The notes under the pieces were generated by a model that was not told the DNA's origin, did no database searches, and saw only the letters and a program-made list of their open reading frames with translations. Made by a program: the position numbers and the translations under genes. A DNA stretch of 64,000 nucleotides, taken from contig JAVKOQ020000113.1 in assembly GCA_031835245.2 (NCBI GenBank), positions 1 through 64,000 of the forward strand, read 5' to 3'. This document shows positions 1 through 11,856 of the stretch, piece by piece. The stretch is from Balamuthia mandrillaris. Lineage: Eukaryota. Within the stretch, counting starts at the first letter, position 1. Every line of letters begins with the position of its first letter.

Positions 1-298
1 CAGAGAGCAGAGAGATGGTAAACCTTGGCCGAGTTTGAAGCGAAAGGGGTAGCCTTGGGACTCATCAAAGATCTCTCCGTCCTCCAACTTTCCAACGTAG
101 TCCACTGACAATGATGAGGTTGTATAACAAAAAAAAAAAATGAGGAGAGAGAGGGAGAAATGGTTTGTTTTTGGGCTGGGTGGGTAGGTCTCACATACCT
201 GAAACAAAGGATCCAGCAGGAGGCACGCCGCCTTTGCCCTTTGCAAGAACCTTCTTCAGCACTTTGCCATTGCCAAGCAAATCTTGTTGTTGGGCCAT
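1..298 (-). CDS. FKBP-type peptidyl-prolyl isomerase, 5' part (continues beyond window start)
   Basis: ATG at 298. Splicing exons 298-199 and 104-24 (GT-AG) gives KVLKKVLAKGKGGVPPAGSFVSVDYVGKLEDGEIFDESQGYPFRFKLGQG, the canonical FKBP N-terminal signature. Confidence 0.85.
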
Positions 299-776
299 TT
301 GCTTTCTTTTCGTCCTAAGTATCAACAAAAGACCCCTCAAAGTAGGTTTGTTTGTTTTATTTTTTGTCGACAATATTTAGATCAAAATCGATGATCTGCC
401 AATTATCGATGACTCCGAAATTTCTCAACTCCGCACGAATGAAAAAAGAGGTTTTTATAAAGAAAAAACTCTTCAACTGGTTTAACTATTTTCAGCTTTA
501 GACAATTGGTCTGTGTGCTCTTCCCTTTTGGGTAAACCCTCACAAGCGCAGGTGTGTCCATATTTGTGCGAGAAACCTGCTCGACGAACAAAAGAAAGAA
601 ATAAAGTAGTTGAAGAGGGAAAAAGCGGCGCAAGGGCTTGTAAGTGGGGGAGGCTCCGTTAGTTCTTGAGTGAAGGTGCGCCGGGGAAGAGAAAAATAAA
701 AGCAAACGGAGTGAGACTTGGAGTTAGAGTGAAGCATATCGTTCTCTCTTTCGCCGAGCGAGAAACAAAAAGAAAG

Positions 777-3620
777 ATGAAGAGCGCCCTTCCTACCCTG
801 CTGCTTCTTCTCTCAATCTGCAGCTCTCTTCCGGCGATAACGTTTGGTTCACATGACGTAAGAGTTGATTGGGAAGTGATAGGACAGAACTACACGGGTC
901 CCGTTGACGTGGAGGAAAACATAGAGTCAAGAACGGGGAGAGCTTTGACTTGCGGGCACTTCGACGGCGACAGCTTGGTAGAGTGAAACCCTTCAACATG
1001 AAAGAGTGTGTGATGAATGAAAGGAGAAGAGATGGTGTTAGATGAGAAGGAATAGAGAAAAAGAGAGAGCAGTATGCAGTACTGACCGCATTGTTTCTGC
1101 AGGTTGATCTCATTATTTCTGGGGATGGTGCGTTGGGTAGAGACCTTGATGGTAACATCTGTTCCACCTTTGATAGCAACATCTTTCCCCCTTTCTTTCT
1201 TTAGATGCTAAGAGAGGGCAACAACAGGGAACTTGGTGGTGAAGAACGCCGGTCGCGCTTGGTTCATCTTCGGTTCAGAGGCGTTGTCTACTGGAGACTT
1301 GTCCCCCGAAAGCCCTGTCTCATTCGCGGGAACCAATACCAACGACTATGTCGGCTCCGCTGTGGCTGCTGGTGATGTCAACGGAGATGGATTGGTGAGC
1401 TCTCCTCTGTTTATTGTTGTTTGATTTTTGTTGTTTGTTATTTTCCTTTTCATCTGCTCCCATCACTGTCTCACCTTTGAATGCTGCATCCATCAAACAG
1501 GACGATGCAGTGATCTGTGCAAGTCAAGCTGATCAACACGGTTTCTGTGCCATCATCTTTGGCAACAACGAGCGGAGCGTGCCCACATCACAGAGACAAG
1601 TCAAGAACGAAAATGGCTTCCTCGTGACTGACTCGGACGTGTACACCGGCTTCGGTTCTTCTGTCGCCGTGCTGGATATCAACCACGACGGCTATGCCGA
1701 TGTCTGTGTTGGTGCTCCTCACTCTGAAAACAACAAGGGTAAGGTCCACTGCTTCTTTGGCAAGCAGTCTGGCTTCCCTCGGCGGTTTGAGACATCTCGT
1801 CTCAACGGGCTGAACGGTATCACCATCGTCGGTGAATACGCCAGCGATCTTTTCGGTATCAGTTTGGCTGGTGGTGACATTGACAATGACCAACGCCATG
1901 ACCTCGTGGTGGGTGCCACTGGAGCCTTCACCGGGGATGTGGACTACCATGGAGCTATTTACGTCATTCTCGGTCGCGGTGCGCTCCGTCAGAATGCCAA
2001 CTACCAAGTGGGCAACTTGGTGGCCAACCAACAAGCCTACTACATGGAAGGTTACGATGGTAACACTGGCTTCGGTCGGGCAGTCGCCACTGGAGACTTC
2101 AACGCCGACGGCGTGGTACGTTTATCCCCCTGGCCTCTTTCTTTCTCACCTTAGAAATCCTGTTTTTTGAAGAGAGTTAATGACAACGAACATTGCTTCT
2201 GCTCCCTCTCGCGCTTCTCTCTCAGACGGATATTGCCGTGACAACTGAGTTTGGAACCTATGCTTACCTTATTCTGGGCGGTTACGCTCCCTACAACCCC
2301 GATGCCTACTTCAACCGCGGTCTCAGAATCCGAGGCTACGGTGACCTCAACAAGGATCCCCACTGGACTTCCGTGGCCTTTGGCGACGTCAACGGCGACG
2401 GCGGCGCGGATCTTATCTTGGGTGCTGCGCGCGGCACCACCAACGAGGCCAAGGTGCAGAGCGGCTACATCGCCATTCTGTATGGTTTCTGTAATGAGGG
2501 CACGGCCTTTTACAAGAGCAGCATCATGCCCACCGTGGAGCTCAGCCAGGCCACCACCGATGTTACCATAGTGAGAGGCAACCTGAACGACGAGGGGCTG
2601 GGCACTGGCCTCGGTCTCTCTGTACTCTCCGTTCCCGACGGCTTTGGCAGGTCCAACATCTTGTACGGCTATGAGGGGGAGAACAGGGCCAGCTTGGTCT
2701 TCGCCAACGCCATCACCGGCGAGACGGACCCGCTGGAGTGCGCTGCTTTGCAGGTAACCACCGGCGGCACCACCATCTCCAGCACCATCACCACCTCCTC
2801 TGCCACCACCGGAGACTATTCCACCACCACCGCCACCTCCACCACAGGAGGCGGAAGTACCACCGGAGGGGCCTCCTCTACCACCACCACCGGAGGGGCC
2901 TCCTCCACCTCCACCACGGGCGTGGGCAGCACAACCGGCTTCGTTCCGCCTACCGTCAACCCGCTGGAGAACGGGGTGATCTCGGAGCAGCCGGTCACGC
3001 AGAGGGGCATCACCTACTTCCAGATCGATGTGCCTCAGGGGGCCGCCACCTTTCAGGTCCTCGTGACGGAGGGAGAGGGCTCTGACACGATGTGCGCGTT
3101 GGTGCGGAAGGCCGACCTCCCCACCGAGGAAGACTTTGACTACCGAAGGTGCTCCAACCTGATCGAGCTGGACGTTGAAAACACCGGCCTCTCCGTCAGG
3201 GAACACACGGATGACCCCTGCGAGCTCGTCACTTACTTTGTGGCGGTGCAGGGCAACCCTGGGGATCTCTTTTCCATCGTGGTGGCCTGGGACACTGGCT
3301 GCGACGGCTGCGGCTCCGTTGAGGACAGATGCGGCGACTGCCCGGCCACCGGCACCTGCGAGTGCGAGGTCGGCAGCTACCGCAACTATGAAGAGGACCT
3401 GCTGGACCAGAGCTTGTTGACATGGGAGACCCTCCGACTGAGGCACAGCGTGCGGACGACCCGCCAGGTCATCCAGGAAATCCAGGAAGCCATCCTCGAA
3501 GGCAAAACCACCACCCCCGAGTTTTACGATGAGCACTTTGAGCTAGCGAAGGCGTTCCTTGCAGAGATTGAACTGTTTAACTCGCAAGCCCAACTCGTGG
3601 CCAACGCTTTGAACGCGTAA
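777..3620 (+). CDS. Secreted FG-GAP (integrin-alpha-like beta-propeller) repeat protein with Thr/Ser/Gly linker, PPC-like beta-sandwich and Cys-rich segment; multi-exon
   Basis: Signal peptide MKSALPTLLLLLSICSSLPA. Repeated GDxNGDGxxD/FG..GAP motifs (GDVNGDG, DINHDGYADVCVGAP, GDIDNDQRHDLVVGA, GDFNADG, GDVNGDGGADLILGA). Introns fall after the Ca-binding loops. Stop at 3620. Confidence 0.85.
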
Positions 3621-3902
3621 TGCCGCTTTTTCTTTCTTTCGCCTCTCTCTTTTTTTTTTGTGCCTCTTCCTCGTCTTTTTCTTCTTCTTCTTCTTCTTCG
3701 CGTGTTCAAAAACTTTAAAAAACAAACAAGAAACCAAAATGGTGGGTGGGCTCTGTTGGTTTCACCACCCGCAATAACAACAACTACTACAGGATAACGA
3801 GGAGAAGCCATTCTTTTTCAACTCGTGCCTGGAAGCTTCTTTTCTTTTTTCTTTTTTCTTTTAAACAGATCAGTATAACAACTTATTACAGTAAGGCGCT
3901 GC

Positions 3903-6900
3903 TTACTCGCTCAAGGGGATAGGCAACCACCGTTGCAGCGTTTGGCGAAGCTGCGCCAGTTTCAAGGGCTTGCTCAAGAAAGCAGTCATGCCGGCCGCCT
4001 CGCATCGCTGCTGGTCTCGGTCCATGCCGCTAGCTGAGAGAGCCACTATAGGAAGGTTGCTGAGGTAACGCCGCCGCCGAACATCCATCTCTGCTCGTTG
4101 GCTCATTTCCCTCAGTTGCTTTGTGGCCTCGTAGCCGTCCATGATGGGCATGGCCAGGTCCATCAGCACCAGGGCAAAGTGTCCCGTCGGCGCTGCGTTG
4201 ATGATGTCGATGGCTTCTTTGCCGTTAGTGGCGACCGTCGCAGGTAAACCTAGCTTGCGGAGCTGTGCCAGCACCACTTTGATGTTGACGCGGTTGTCTT
4301 CCACTACCAGTATGTGGTTCGTTTTGTACGTTGTTGTCTGTGTCACGTCCTTTTCCTCATTTTTCGTTTCTGATTTTTGTACAAGTGGCGGGTGACCAGC
4401 TGCTGTGTTTCGTTCTGTTTCCTCTTGTTCCTCTTCCTCTTCCTCCTCTTCTTCCTTTAATGGATGCAGTTGCTGTTGACAGTCCTTTTCTCGATCTTTG
4501 CAGCCGCTGAGACTATGCCAAGAAGACAAGGACTTGGCAATAGCGGCACGTATGCACTTGGTTAACTCGCTCTTCTTGATGGGTTTCGTGACGTATCCAC
4601 TGCTGAGGTGGCTGCCAAGCATGGCCAACCCCTGACGAGCCAGCCCACGTGCTATCTGCGAGGACCCACTCATCAGCACCACTCGCAACCATGATTGGTG
4701 TCGATGCAGTGCTCTGCCAGTATTGATCGCAGATTCCAAGTTGGGCGACGCTATGTCCAGTACAATAATAGTGAATGGACGCCCTTGCTTTAGGCCTCTG
4801 TAGAAGAGTCGTAAGCCTTGTTCCATGCTTGTAGATCCTTCGCATTCTAGGTAAAGAATAGGTAATAATGAGAAACGGAGATGAAGGAGGAGAAGGAGAA
4901 GGAGAAGGAGAAGGAGAAGGAGAAGGAGAAGGAGAAGGAGAAGGAGAAGGAGAAGGAGAAGGAGAAGGAGAAGGAGAAGGAGAAGGAGAGAAGGAGAAGG
5001 AGAAGGAGAAGGAAGAGGAGAAGGAGAAGGAGAAGGAGAAGGAGAAGGAGAAGGAGAAGGAGAAGGAGAAGGAGAAGGAGAAGGAGAAGGAGAAGAAGGA
5101 GGAGGAGAAGCAGAAGCAGAAGCAGAAGCAGAAGGAGAAGAGCAATAAAAAGATACGCACCAACAATATCGCACAATTGCAGAAGAATCGAATCGAGACT
5201 GTGCTGCTTGGCCTCAATAACGAGCACGCGTTGGTCGTATGGGTGCAAGAGACAACCATCGGTCGAATAGCTAGTTTGTAGTTGTTTCAAGGTGAAGCGA
5301 TGTCCTGGTGTACTACTACTGGACGGGGATGGTAGAAGCTGGCAGCGCCAAGTGAACCAGAACGTGGAGCCTTTACCAGGTTTTGTGGTCACTCCAATCT
5401 CTCCTCCCGCCATCTCCACTAACCGTTTGCTGATGGCCAAGCCAAGTCCTGTGCCGCCATGTTCTCTTGTTGTAGAAGAGTTCACTTGACTAAAGGATTG
5501 AAAGATTTTCTGCACGCCTTCTTCGCTGATACCAATGCCTGTATCTATAATTTCCACATGTAGAATGACTTCTTTTGGATTATCTCCAAAGTTGTCACTC
5601 TCATTTTCGTGCGACGCCTCTCCAGTAGCTGTCTCCGCTCCCGGTTCAATTGCAGAGCGGGGAAAGGAAGAGGAGGCAATCGGTGATTGTTCAACGATAG
5701 AGTAGCGAACCTTCACCATGACCTCCCTGCCTCTTTCCGTGAATTTGATGGCGTTATTGATGAGGTTCACAAGCACCTGCTGCAGGCGGAACGGGTCGCT
5801 GCGTACCCAAAGACCCGAGTTAGAGGTCACCAGGTCCGACATGTTCACCAGTTCGATTTGACGCATCCCGGCTTGCTCCGCAAACATGTCCATGGTTCTC
5901 TCTACTAGCGAACCAACCTCAAACTCTGAGCAATGAAACAGCACTTTGTCCATTTCCATCCTTGAAAAGTCCAAAATGTCATTCACAATCTCCAATAACA
6001 GTTCGCTTCAGAGACCAAAGCGCATTAACATAAGCCATTATGAAGAAAAACAAGCAAGAAAGGCCCAACCTTGAATGTTGAAGAGTCTGCACCATCTCCT
6101 TTTGCTCTGCATTGAGCGGCGTATCTCGGAGCATTTCCATCATGCCGATGATTGCATTGAGAGGAGTACGAATCTCGTGGCTCGTGTTGGCCATAATCAT
6201 GCTTTTGGCTTTGTTAGCAGCTTGTGCTGCCTCTAGCTGTGTCTGTTGCTGCATTCGTTCCTCCATCAGCCGGGCTTGATTGAGACCGAGGCCCACCTGC
6301 AATGCTATTTGCAGCAACAAGGCTTTGTCTACTTTGCTCCAGCTATTATCTCCTTTCATTTCTTGGATAACAAGCCTAGAGGAGGTTGAACTAGAAGGAA
6401 GAGGCGCCCATCGTACACATTGCAACAAACCCCAAACTTTGTCTCTCATAGGAATGATGGCCGAGATGCTGTTCTCTGCTTGCAACTCGTTAGGAAGCAT
6501 TGCCACCAACCGCTCCGTTTGCTTGGAGTCTTGCCAGATGTCAGTAGTCGAGAAATTGACATCCCACAAACCCACTTCGCTTTCGCAGTTGTTCATTGCG
6601 AATTTAAGGCCAAGATACCGTTTTTCCGGTACCCGGTGGCTATCTACGCTTTCGGCGGGGATGGTGCACACTTGTTGCGTTGGACATGGGTAGCGTGCAT
6701 CCCTCGCACCTTCTTCTTCTTCTACTACTGCTTCTTCTGTTCCCACATACCGATCTTCGTATTCTTTTGCTGCTAGAGTTTGATCTGGTACTTCCAAGTC
6801 CTTGCCGTTCTTCTTTATTCTTCGTTCCCCTGAATCAGCAGAGAGGCTGCGACGGCGAATCGAGTTTTGAGCTTTGCTGGGTTGTAGCTTTTGCCGTCGC

Positions 6901-9433
6901 GATTGAGGAGGACTAGAATCCTGTTGTGGCGTGTTCTTTCGTTCGGGATCCCCTGTATCGTAGTCACCATGACGTTGAGTCCCTTTGACTTCTCCATCTG
7001 AATCCGTGCCAGAAGCCTCTTCGGTAGTGCCGTGATTCGTACTGGTGATGCTTCTCTTTCTTGCCACTTCCTCGAAGCGATAGATACGCACTGCGTCTGC
7101 CTTCAACACTGCTCTAACCTCCGCAACGGTGCTGTCCAACACTTCCTGCATGCTGATTTTTCCACAACGAATCTTCTCACCAATTCGCATTACCAGATGC
7201 TTCCGTTTGACGAGTTGCTTTTCTCTGAGATTCATCTGCTTCCTCAGCCTACTGAGCTTGACAGTAGCTCTGGCTTTTGCTACCAGTTCTGTGGCCGAAA
7301 AAGGTTTGGCAAGGTAGTCATCTGCGCCTGAATCTAGACCTTCTGCAGAAGCGTCTGGTCCAGCACGTGCAGACAGTAGGATAAACGGTATGCTGTGCGT
7401 CTTTTTGTTGGCACGAACATCGTGCAATAGGGAGAATCCATCCTTGATTGGCATCATTACGTCGCTGATGACAAGATCAGGAGGCGGAACACGGTGTATC
7501 ATTTCGAGAGCCTCCGCTCCATTCGTCACAGTCGTGACACGAAAATGGGGACTCAACAATCTCGAAACGTAGTTCCGCATATCTGCGTTGTCATCTGCAA
7601 TAAGCACGCGCGGTTTGCTTGAGAGCATCTCGCTTGCTATTTCTTCCATTTTTTCTTGTTCGAATTCTTCCTCTTCCTCTTGTCTTTCTCGTTCATCTGC
7701 TTCCTCTTCTGCTTCTTCTTCGTCTGTTTCGTCCAAAATCTTCCCCTTCCCCATTGGCCGCTCAAGCAAAGACTGTGCGGAAGAATTGGTGTCCCAGTTG
7801 AGGATCTCGCTGGCATATTGGTCGGTTGTGTAGCACCCAGCTATCTTGTTCTGAGAGACGGAATCTAGTTGACCGCAGTCGGCTACATCATCACTCAGGG
7901 GCATAACCACTTTATCGCGCGGCAGGTGCTTGTAGCCGGATGGTATGAAAACGGTGAATGTGGTGCCTTTGCCTTCTTGACTCTCCACCCTTATGGTGCC
8001 TCCATGAAGTTGCACCAATTCTTGGGCCAGCGCAAGGCCAATGCCCGATCCTTCGTGGCTACGGGCCTTATCGTTTTGAATGCGATAGAACCGTTGGAAT
8101 AGTTTCTGTAAGTCCTTCTCCGCGATTCCCACTCCTGTGTCCTTTACTTGCATCTCCATTCCCCCGTTCACTCTCTCCACAGAAACGGTAATGCTTCCTT
8201 TCCATGTGAATTTAAGCGCGTTTGAAACTAAGTTCAGAACGATCTTCTCCCACATATCTTTGTCTACGTATATCTCTTCTTCATTCGCAGACTTTGTTGA
8301 ATTCACGCATCGCGTGATCAATTGAAGGCCCAGCCGTTCCGCCGAGGATTCGAATTCGCTCACTAACTCTTGAGTAAATGCTCCCAGATCTATTGGTCGA
8401 TATCTTGCTTGTACACTGAAAAGTACGTGAGAATTCACGTTGCACAAAACTGCTAAAATGATGGGAATTGAGTACGAACCGGCCAACTTCAATCCTGCTG
8501 AAATCGAGCAGAGTATTAACAAGCTTAAGAAGCCTTTGCCCATTCCTGAACACCGTTTCTAACTGTTGTCGATGATCGGGAGGAAGATTCTCTGACTGAA
8601 GGAGGTCTGCAAGTGGAGCCACGATCAGTGTCAGCGGGGTGCGAAACTCGTGGCTTATATTGCAGAAAAAATTAGTTTTGGCTTTGTCGAGTTCAGCGAG
8701 CTTCTCTGCCCGTTTGCGTTCTTCCTCGCGAGCCTGATGAATGGCGACATTGGTTAGCCTTGTTTGAAAGACAAGTTCGTACTGAAAAAAAATACCTTGG
8801 CGTTATTCAGAGCAGTTGATAAATGACCTCCAACCAAATTGTAAAATTCTTCATAGTAGGTATCAAAAGGGAGAAATGGGTTGACACGAGCCACCATCAC
8901 AGCCGAGGTGTGGCCTTGCTCTTCGTAGGAGGTTGTCACTGGTACCAGCATCACACGACCTTGCCCTTCTGGCAGCGAGACCAACATTGTTGCGCCTGTC
9001 GCAAATACTTGTGCTACGGGCCAATCCTTTCCTAACGCCGCGTGCTGGTATTTAGAAGAGGAGTTCATTGTTGGCAGAGCACTTCTGGGCGAGACGCCAG
9101 CCCGCGAATTAGTTTGTGGAAAGTTGCTGCTTTCTTCTTGTTCTTCTTCATCAAAAGCAGTAAGGGAAACAGTTGTGGGAAGGGTCAACAAAGCAGAAGG
9201 AAAATCTCCAGGTTGCTCTTTGCTTGCGTTGTCAGGAGCGTATTCTTTGTCATTTTCTTCGCGCTGCAAGTCCTGGTCGAAGGTGCTTGCCACTAGTGTT
9301 GCAGTTTTGTTGTCTTCTGACGCCAAATAGATAAACGCGAACGGTATGTCCTTATTGCCCTTCAGTGTCTGTGCTGTAACCTTGCACGCCTATTATCGTC
9401 GTTCATTGTTACGATAGAATGAGTTCATGAATC

Positions 9434-9477
<44 letters not shown>

Positions 9478-10214
9478 CGGGAAGGAGAGAGAGAGGAGAA
9501 GACAGAATGAGAGAGAAAAGAAGAGAAAGGAGAGAGACGAGAAAAACCACACAAAAAAAAAAGAAAGTAAAAGAGGAAAACAAACGTCAACGAGGCAAGA
9601 GGCTGAAGGGGTGCGGATGGCCAGCTCAGACAGAGTATTTAAGCGTCTCTCACTCATTACTCGCTGAGAGGTCTCAAAACACACATTGACAAGGCCTATG
9701 ACGGAGTTATCAGGGCCTCGCAAGGGTGATAAGCTGAAGGAGTAGTAGGTCTCCTCCACGTAGCCATGGCGCTCCATCATGAGGCGAGTGTCATGGCACA
9801 GAACCCCCTTTCCAGAGGAGTACGCCTCGTCCATCAAAATACCAACGACGTTCCAGATCTCTTCCCACACTTTTTGCCCAGGTTGGCCCATGGCTTGGGG
9901 GTGCTTTGTTCCGAGCGTTGGCCGCCATGCCTGTGATTGGTCCACGAGGTAAAAAAGAGGGGGAAAAAGAGGGCAAGAAACAAAAATCAGGAGCTGTTGA
10001 GGAGGGAAACGAGGAAAGGAAAAAAACGTACATCTCCGTAAATAAGGTTGCGCCCAGGACCCAAGTAGAGCGCCATGGGGAAGGTACTCTCCAAACAGAG
10101 TTCCACCGCAGTGACCAGTTGAGGGGGCCACTCTTCCCTTGGCCCAATGGGGGTCTTGGACCAGTCCATGGTGGCCACCAACTCAGCAGCGGTGATGCTG
10201 GCTGGGTATTCCAT
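3903..10214 (-). CDS. Dual hybrid sensor histidine kinase (PAS-like/GAF-HisKA-HATPase-REC-GAF-HisKA-HATPase-REC-REC); multi-exon
   Basis: N-terminal [14 protein letters not shown]. Two H-boxes ([18 protein letters not shown]). Two ATPase domains ([22 protein letters not shown] and [22 protein letters not shown]). Receivers ADDN..DVMMP..KPF and VEDN..MDLAMP..KPL, plus a degenerate one between HATPase2 and the last receiver. Confidence 0.9.
4883..5140. repeat. (GAAGGA)n / (GAAGCA)n microsatellite inside a histidine kinase intron
   Basis: About 250-bp hexamer array seen directly. It interrupts the degenerate receiver-coding region. Confidence 0.95.
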
Positions 10215-10764
10215 TGTTCCCCACCCTCTCTCTACTTTTTTTTTGTTTGTTGTTGTTTTTGAGTCGTTCTCTTTCAAGCTCGATCCCCTTTTTTTTATTG
10301 TTGTTGGTATTGCTTCCTTCCTTCTCCCTCCTGGCTTTTATTTTGTTCCTGCACTTTAAATGAAAGCTGCAGGCAGCCTTTGCGTTGCTTTTCCCTTTCC
10401 CTTTCTCCCTTTCAAATTATTTTGTTGCTTTTGTTTTGACTGGTTGTGTGTATGTTGCCAAAGCGGGAGGGGGATCCCCCCCAAATGAGGTCGCCATGCT
10501 GGGTTTTTAGTGCCCCACCTGCCATCCCTCATCCACAATTTTTCCTTCCCGGCGCCCAAAGGAAATTTAATCACTGCATCTCTGCTCTTGCCCCCATCCC
10601 GAAGGATAGCACCGGGCATGCGTAACGCTTCATCTACAAAAATTTTACGGTTCTTCTCATTTTCCCTGTTGTTTCGTTCAGTTTTCAGATTTTCAGAATG
10701 CATGTAACAAAAAAAGGAGAATTTGAGCAGATCTCTTTCGTCTCCTTTTCATCGGCCAGATGTT

Positions 10765-11616
10765 TTAAGGTTCATTCACCCTCCACAGAGCTCCATGCTG
10801 CTGGGCTCCAGAGGACGTGGCCTTTTCCTGAAAGTTTCTGGCAAAGAGAACGACGGCGACGGTGTTGAGGCTGGAGTTATGCTTCCCAACGGCCAGGCCG
10901 ACATGCGTCCACTCCTTTTCAAACATGTCTTTGCTGTACGTTTTTTTTTGTTTAGTACGTTTTTGCTTGCTTTCTGAACAAACAGAAGGAGGCAAAGAAG
11001 GAAGAGATACCGTTGGGAGCGAAGATCATCTCCATCGCATATCAACAAGCTGAAGAGCATGCCTTTGGCGTCACGGGCGCCCAAGGCGCAAATCTCAGCG
11101 GCAGTGCTGCCAGGTTCCATCCTGCCAAACTCTGAAATAAAAGCGGTGGCATCTATCTCTCTACTTCCCTCTTGTCCAAACTTGTTGGTTGCCTCTGCAA
11201 AGATGTTGCTGTGTTTTGAACAAAAATATCATCAAAAAAGGAATGAAGATGAGAATACCAACTCTTTGCGGCAAGGGTTAAGCCTTTGCTGAGAGACAAA
11301 GCAGGAAGGCCACTGGTGCTGTTCAAAAAACTGATTGCTTCTTGGCACGCGGCGGCCCCTTCGTGGGTTTCCAATTGAACCCGCCGCTTGGGGTTGAGGG
11401 ACGGCACGAGTGTAAGCAAACTGCCATCGTAGTTTGGTAACCGTTCTTCCTTGAGCAATTTAGCTATTGTGGTCGGCTCTGTCCTCGCTAGTTGCACTAA
11501 GTGGAACAGTTCTTTCTCATAGTCTACATGGCTCATAAACAACACCTTTAGAAGATAAAAAATAAAAACAACAACAACAATAACAACAAACCATTGAGAG
11601 GTAAGTCTATTTCCAT
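10765..11616 (-). CDS. CAP/SCP (allergen V5/Tpx-1-like) domain protein; multi-exon
   Basis: Spliced product includes ELFHLVQLARTEP, ETHEGAAACQEAISFL, LSLSKGLTLAAK, LLICDGDDLRSQR and WTHVGLAVGKH, typical of protist SCP-like proteins. The start at 11616 is inferred from a phase-1 intron. Confidence 0.7.
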
Positions 11617-11726
11617 AGCTGGTAAAAAGCGTTACACAAAGTTCTTGTTGGTTTCCTTTCTTCTTCACTCGGTTTTGGGCGTCAGTTCGAAACTGGACCC
11701 CGACAAACTAATTATTTTAATTTCAG

Positions 11727-11748
11727 GTGACGTCACTTCCCGCCAAAA
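11727..11748 (+). promoter_or_regulatory. CRE/ATF-like palindrome GTGACGTCAC abutting E2F-like TTCCCGCCAAAA in the CAP/RECQL4 divergent promoter
   Basis: Exact motifs about 110 bp upstream of the RECQL4 ATG. E2F sites are typical of replication genes. Confidence 0.55.
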
Positions 11749-11856
11749 TGGTTTTCCAAACAAAAAAAAAACCCGCCACTTGTAAGGAATGAGAGACTAA
11801 CAGTTGGAACGAAGCGAAGCTGTGTGCTCGGTGGTTCGTTCCGGCCAAGAAGAAAA

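Noticed and set aside
191..373. Lys-rich ORF first read as a ribosomal protein
   Set aside because: Splicing shows it is exon 1 of an FKBP.
2151..3536. 461-aa antisense ORF over the FG-GAP gene
   Set aside because: Shadow frame of GC3-rich coding sequence with no motifs.
4513..5281. Long ORFs with poly-SP, FS, EG, EK, L or R tracts
   Set aside because: Translations of an intronic (GAAGGA)n microsatellite.
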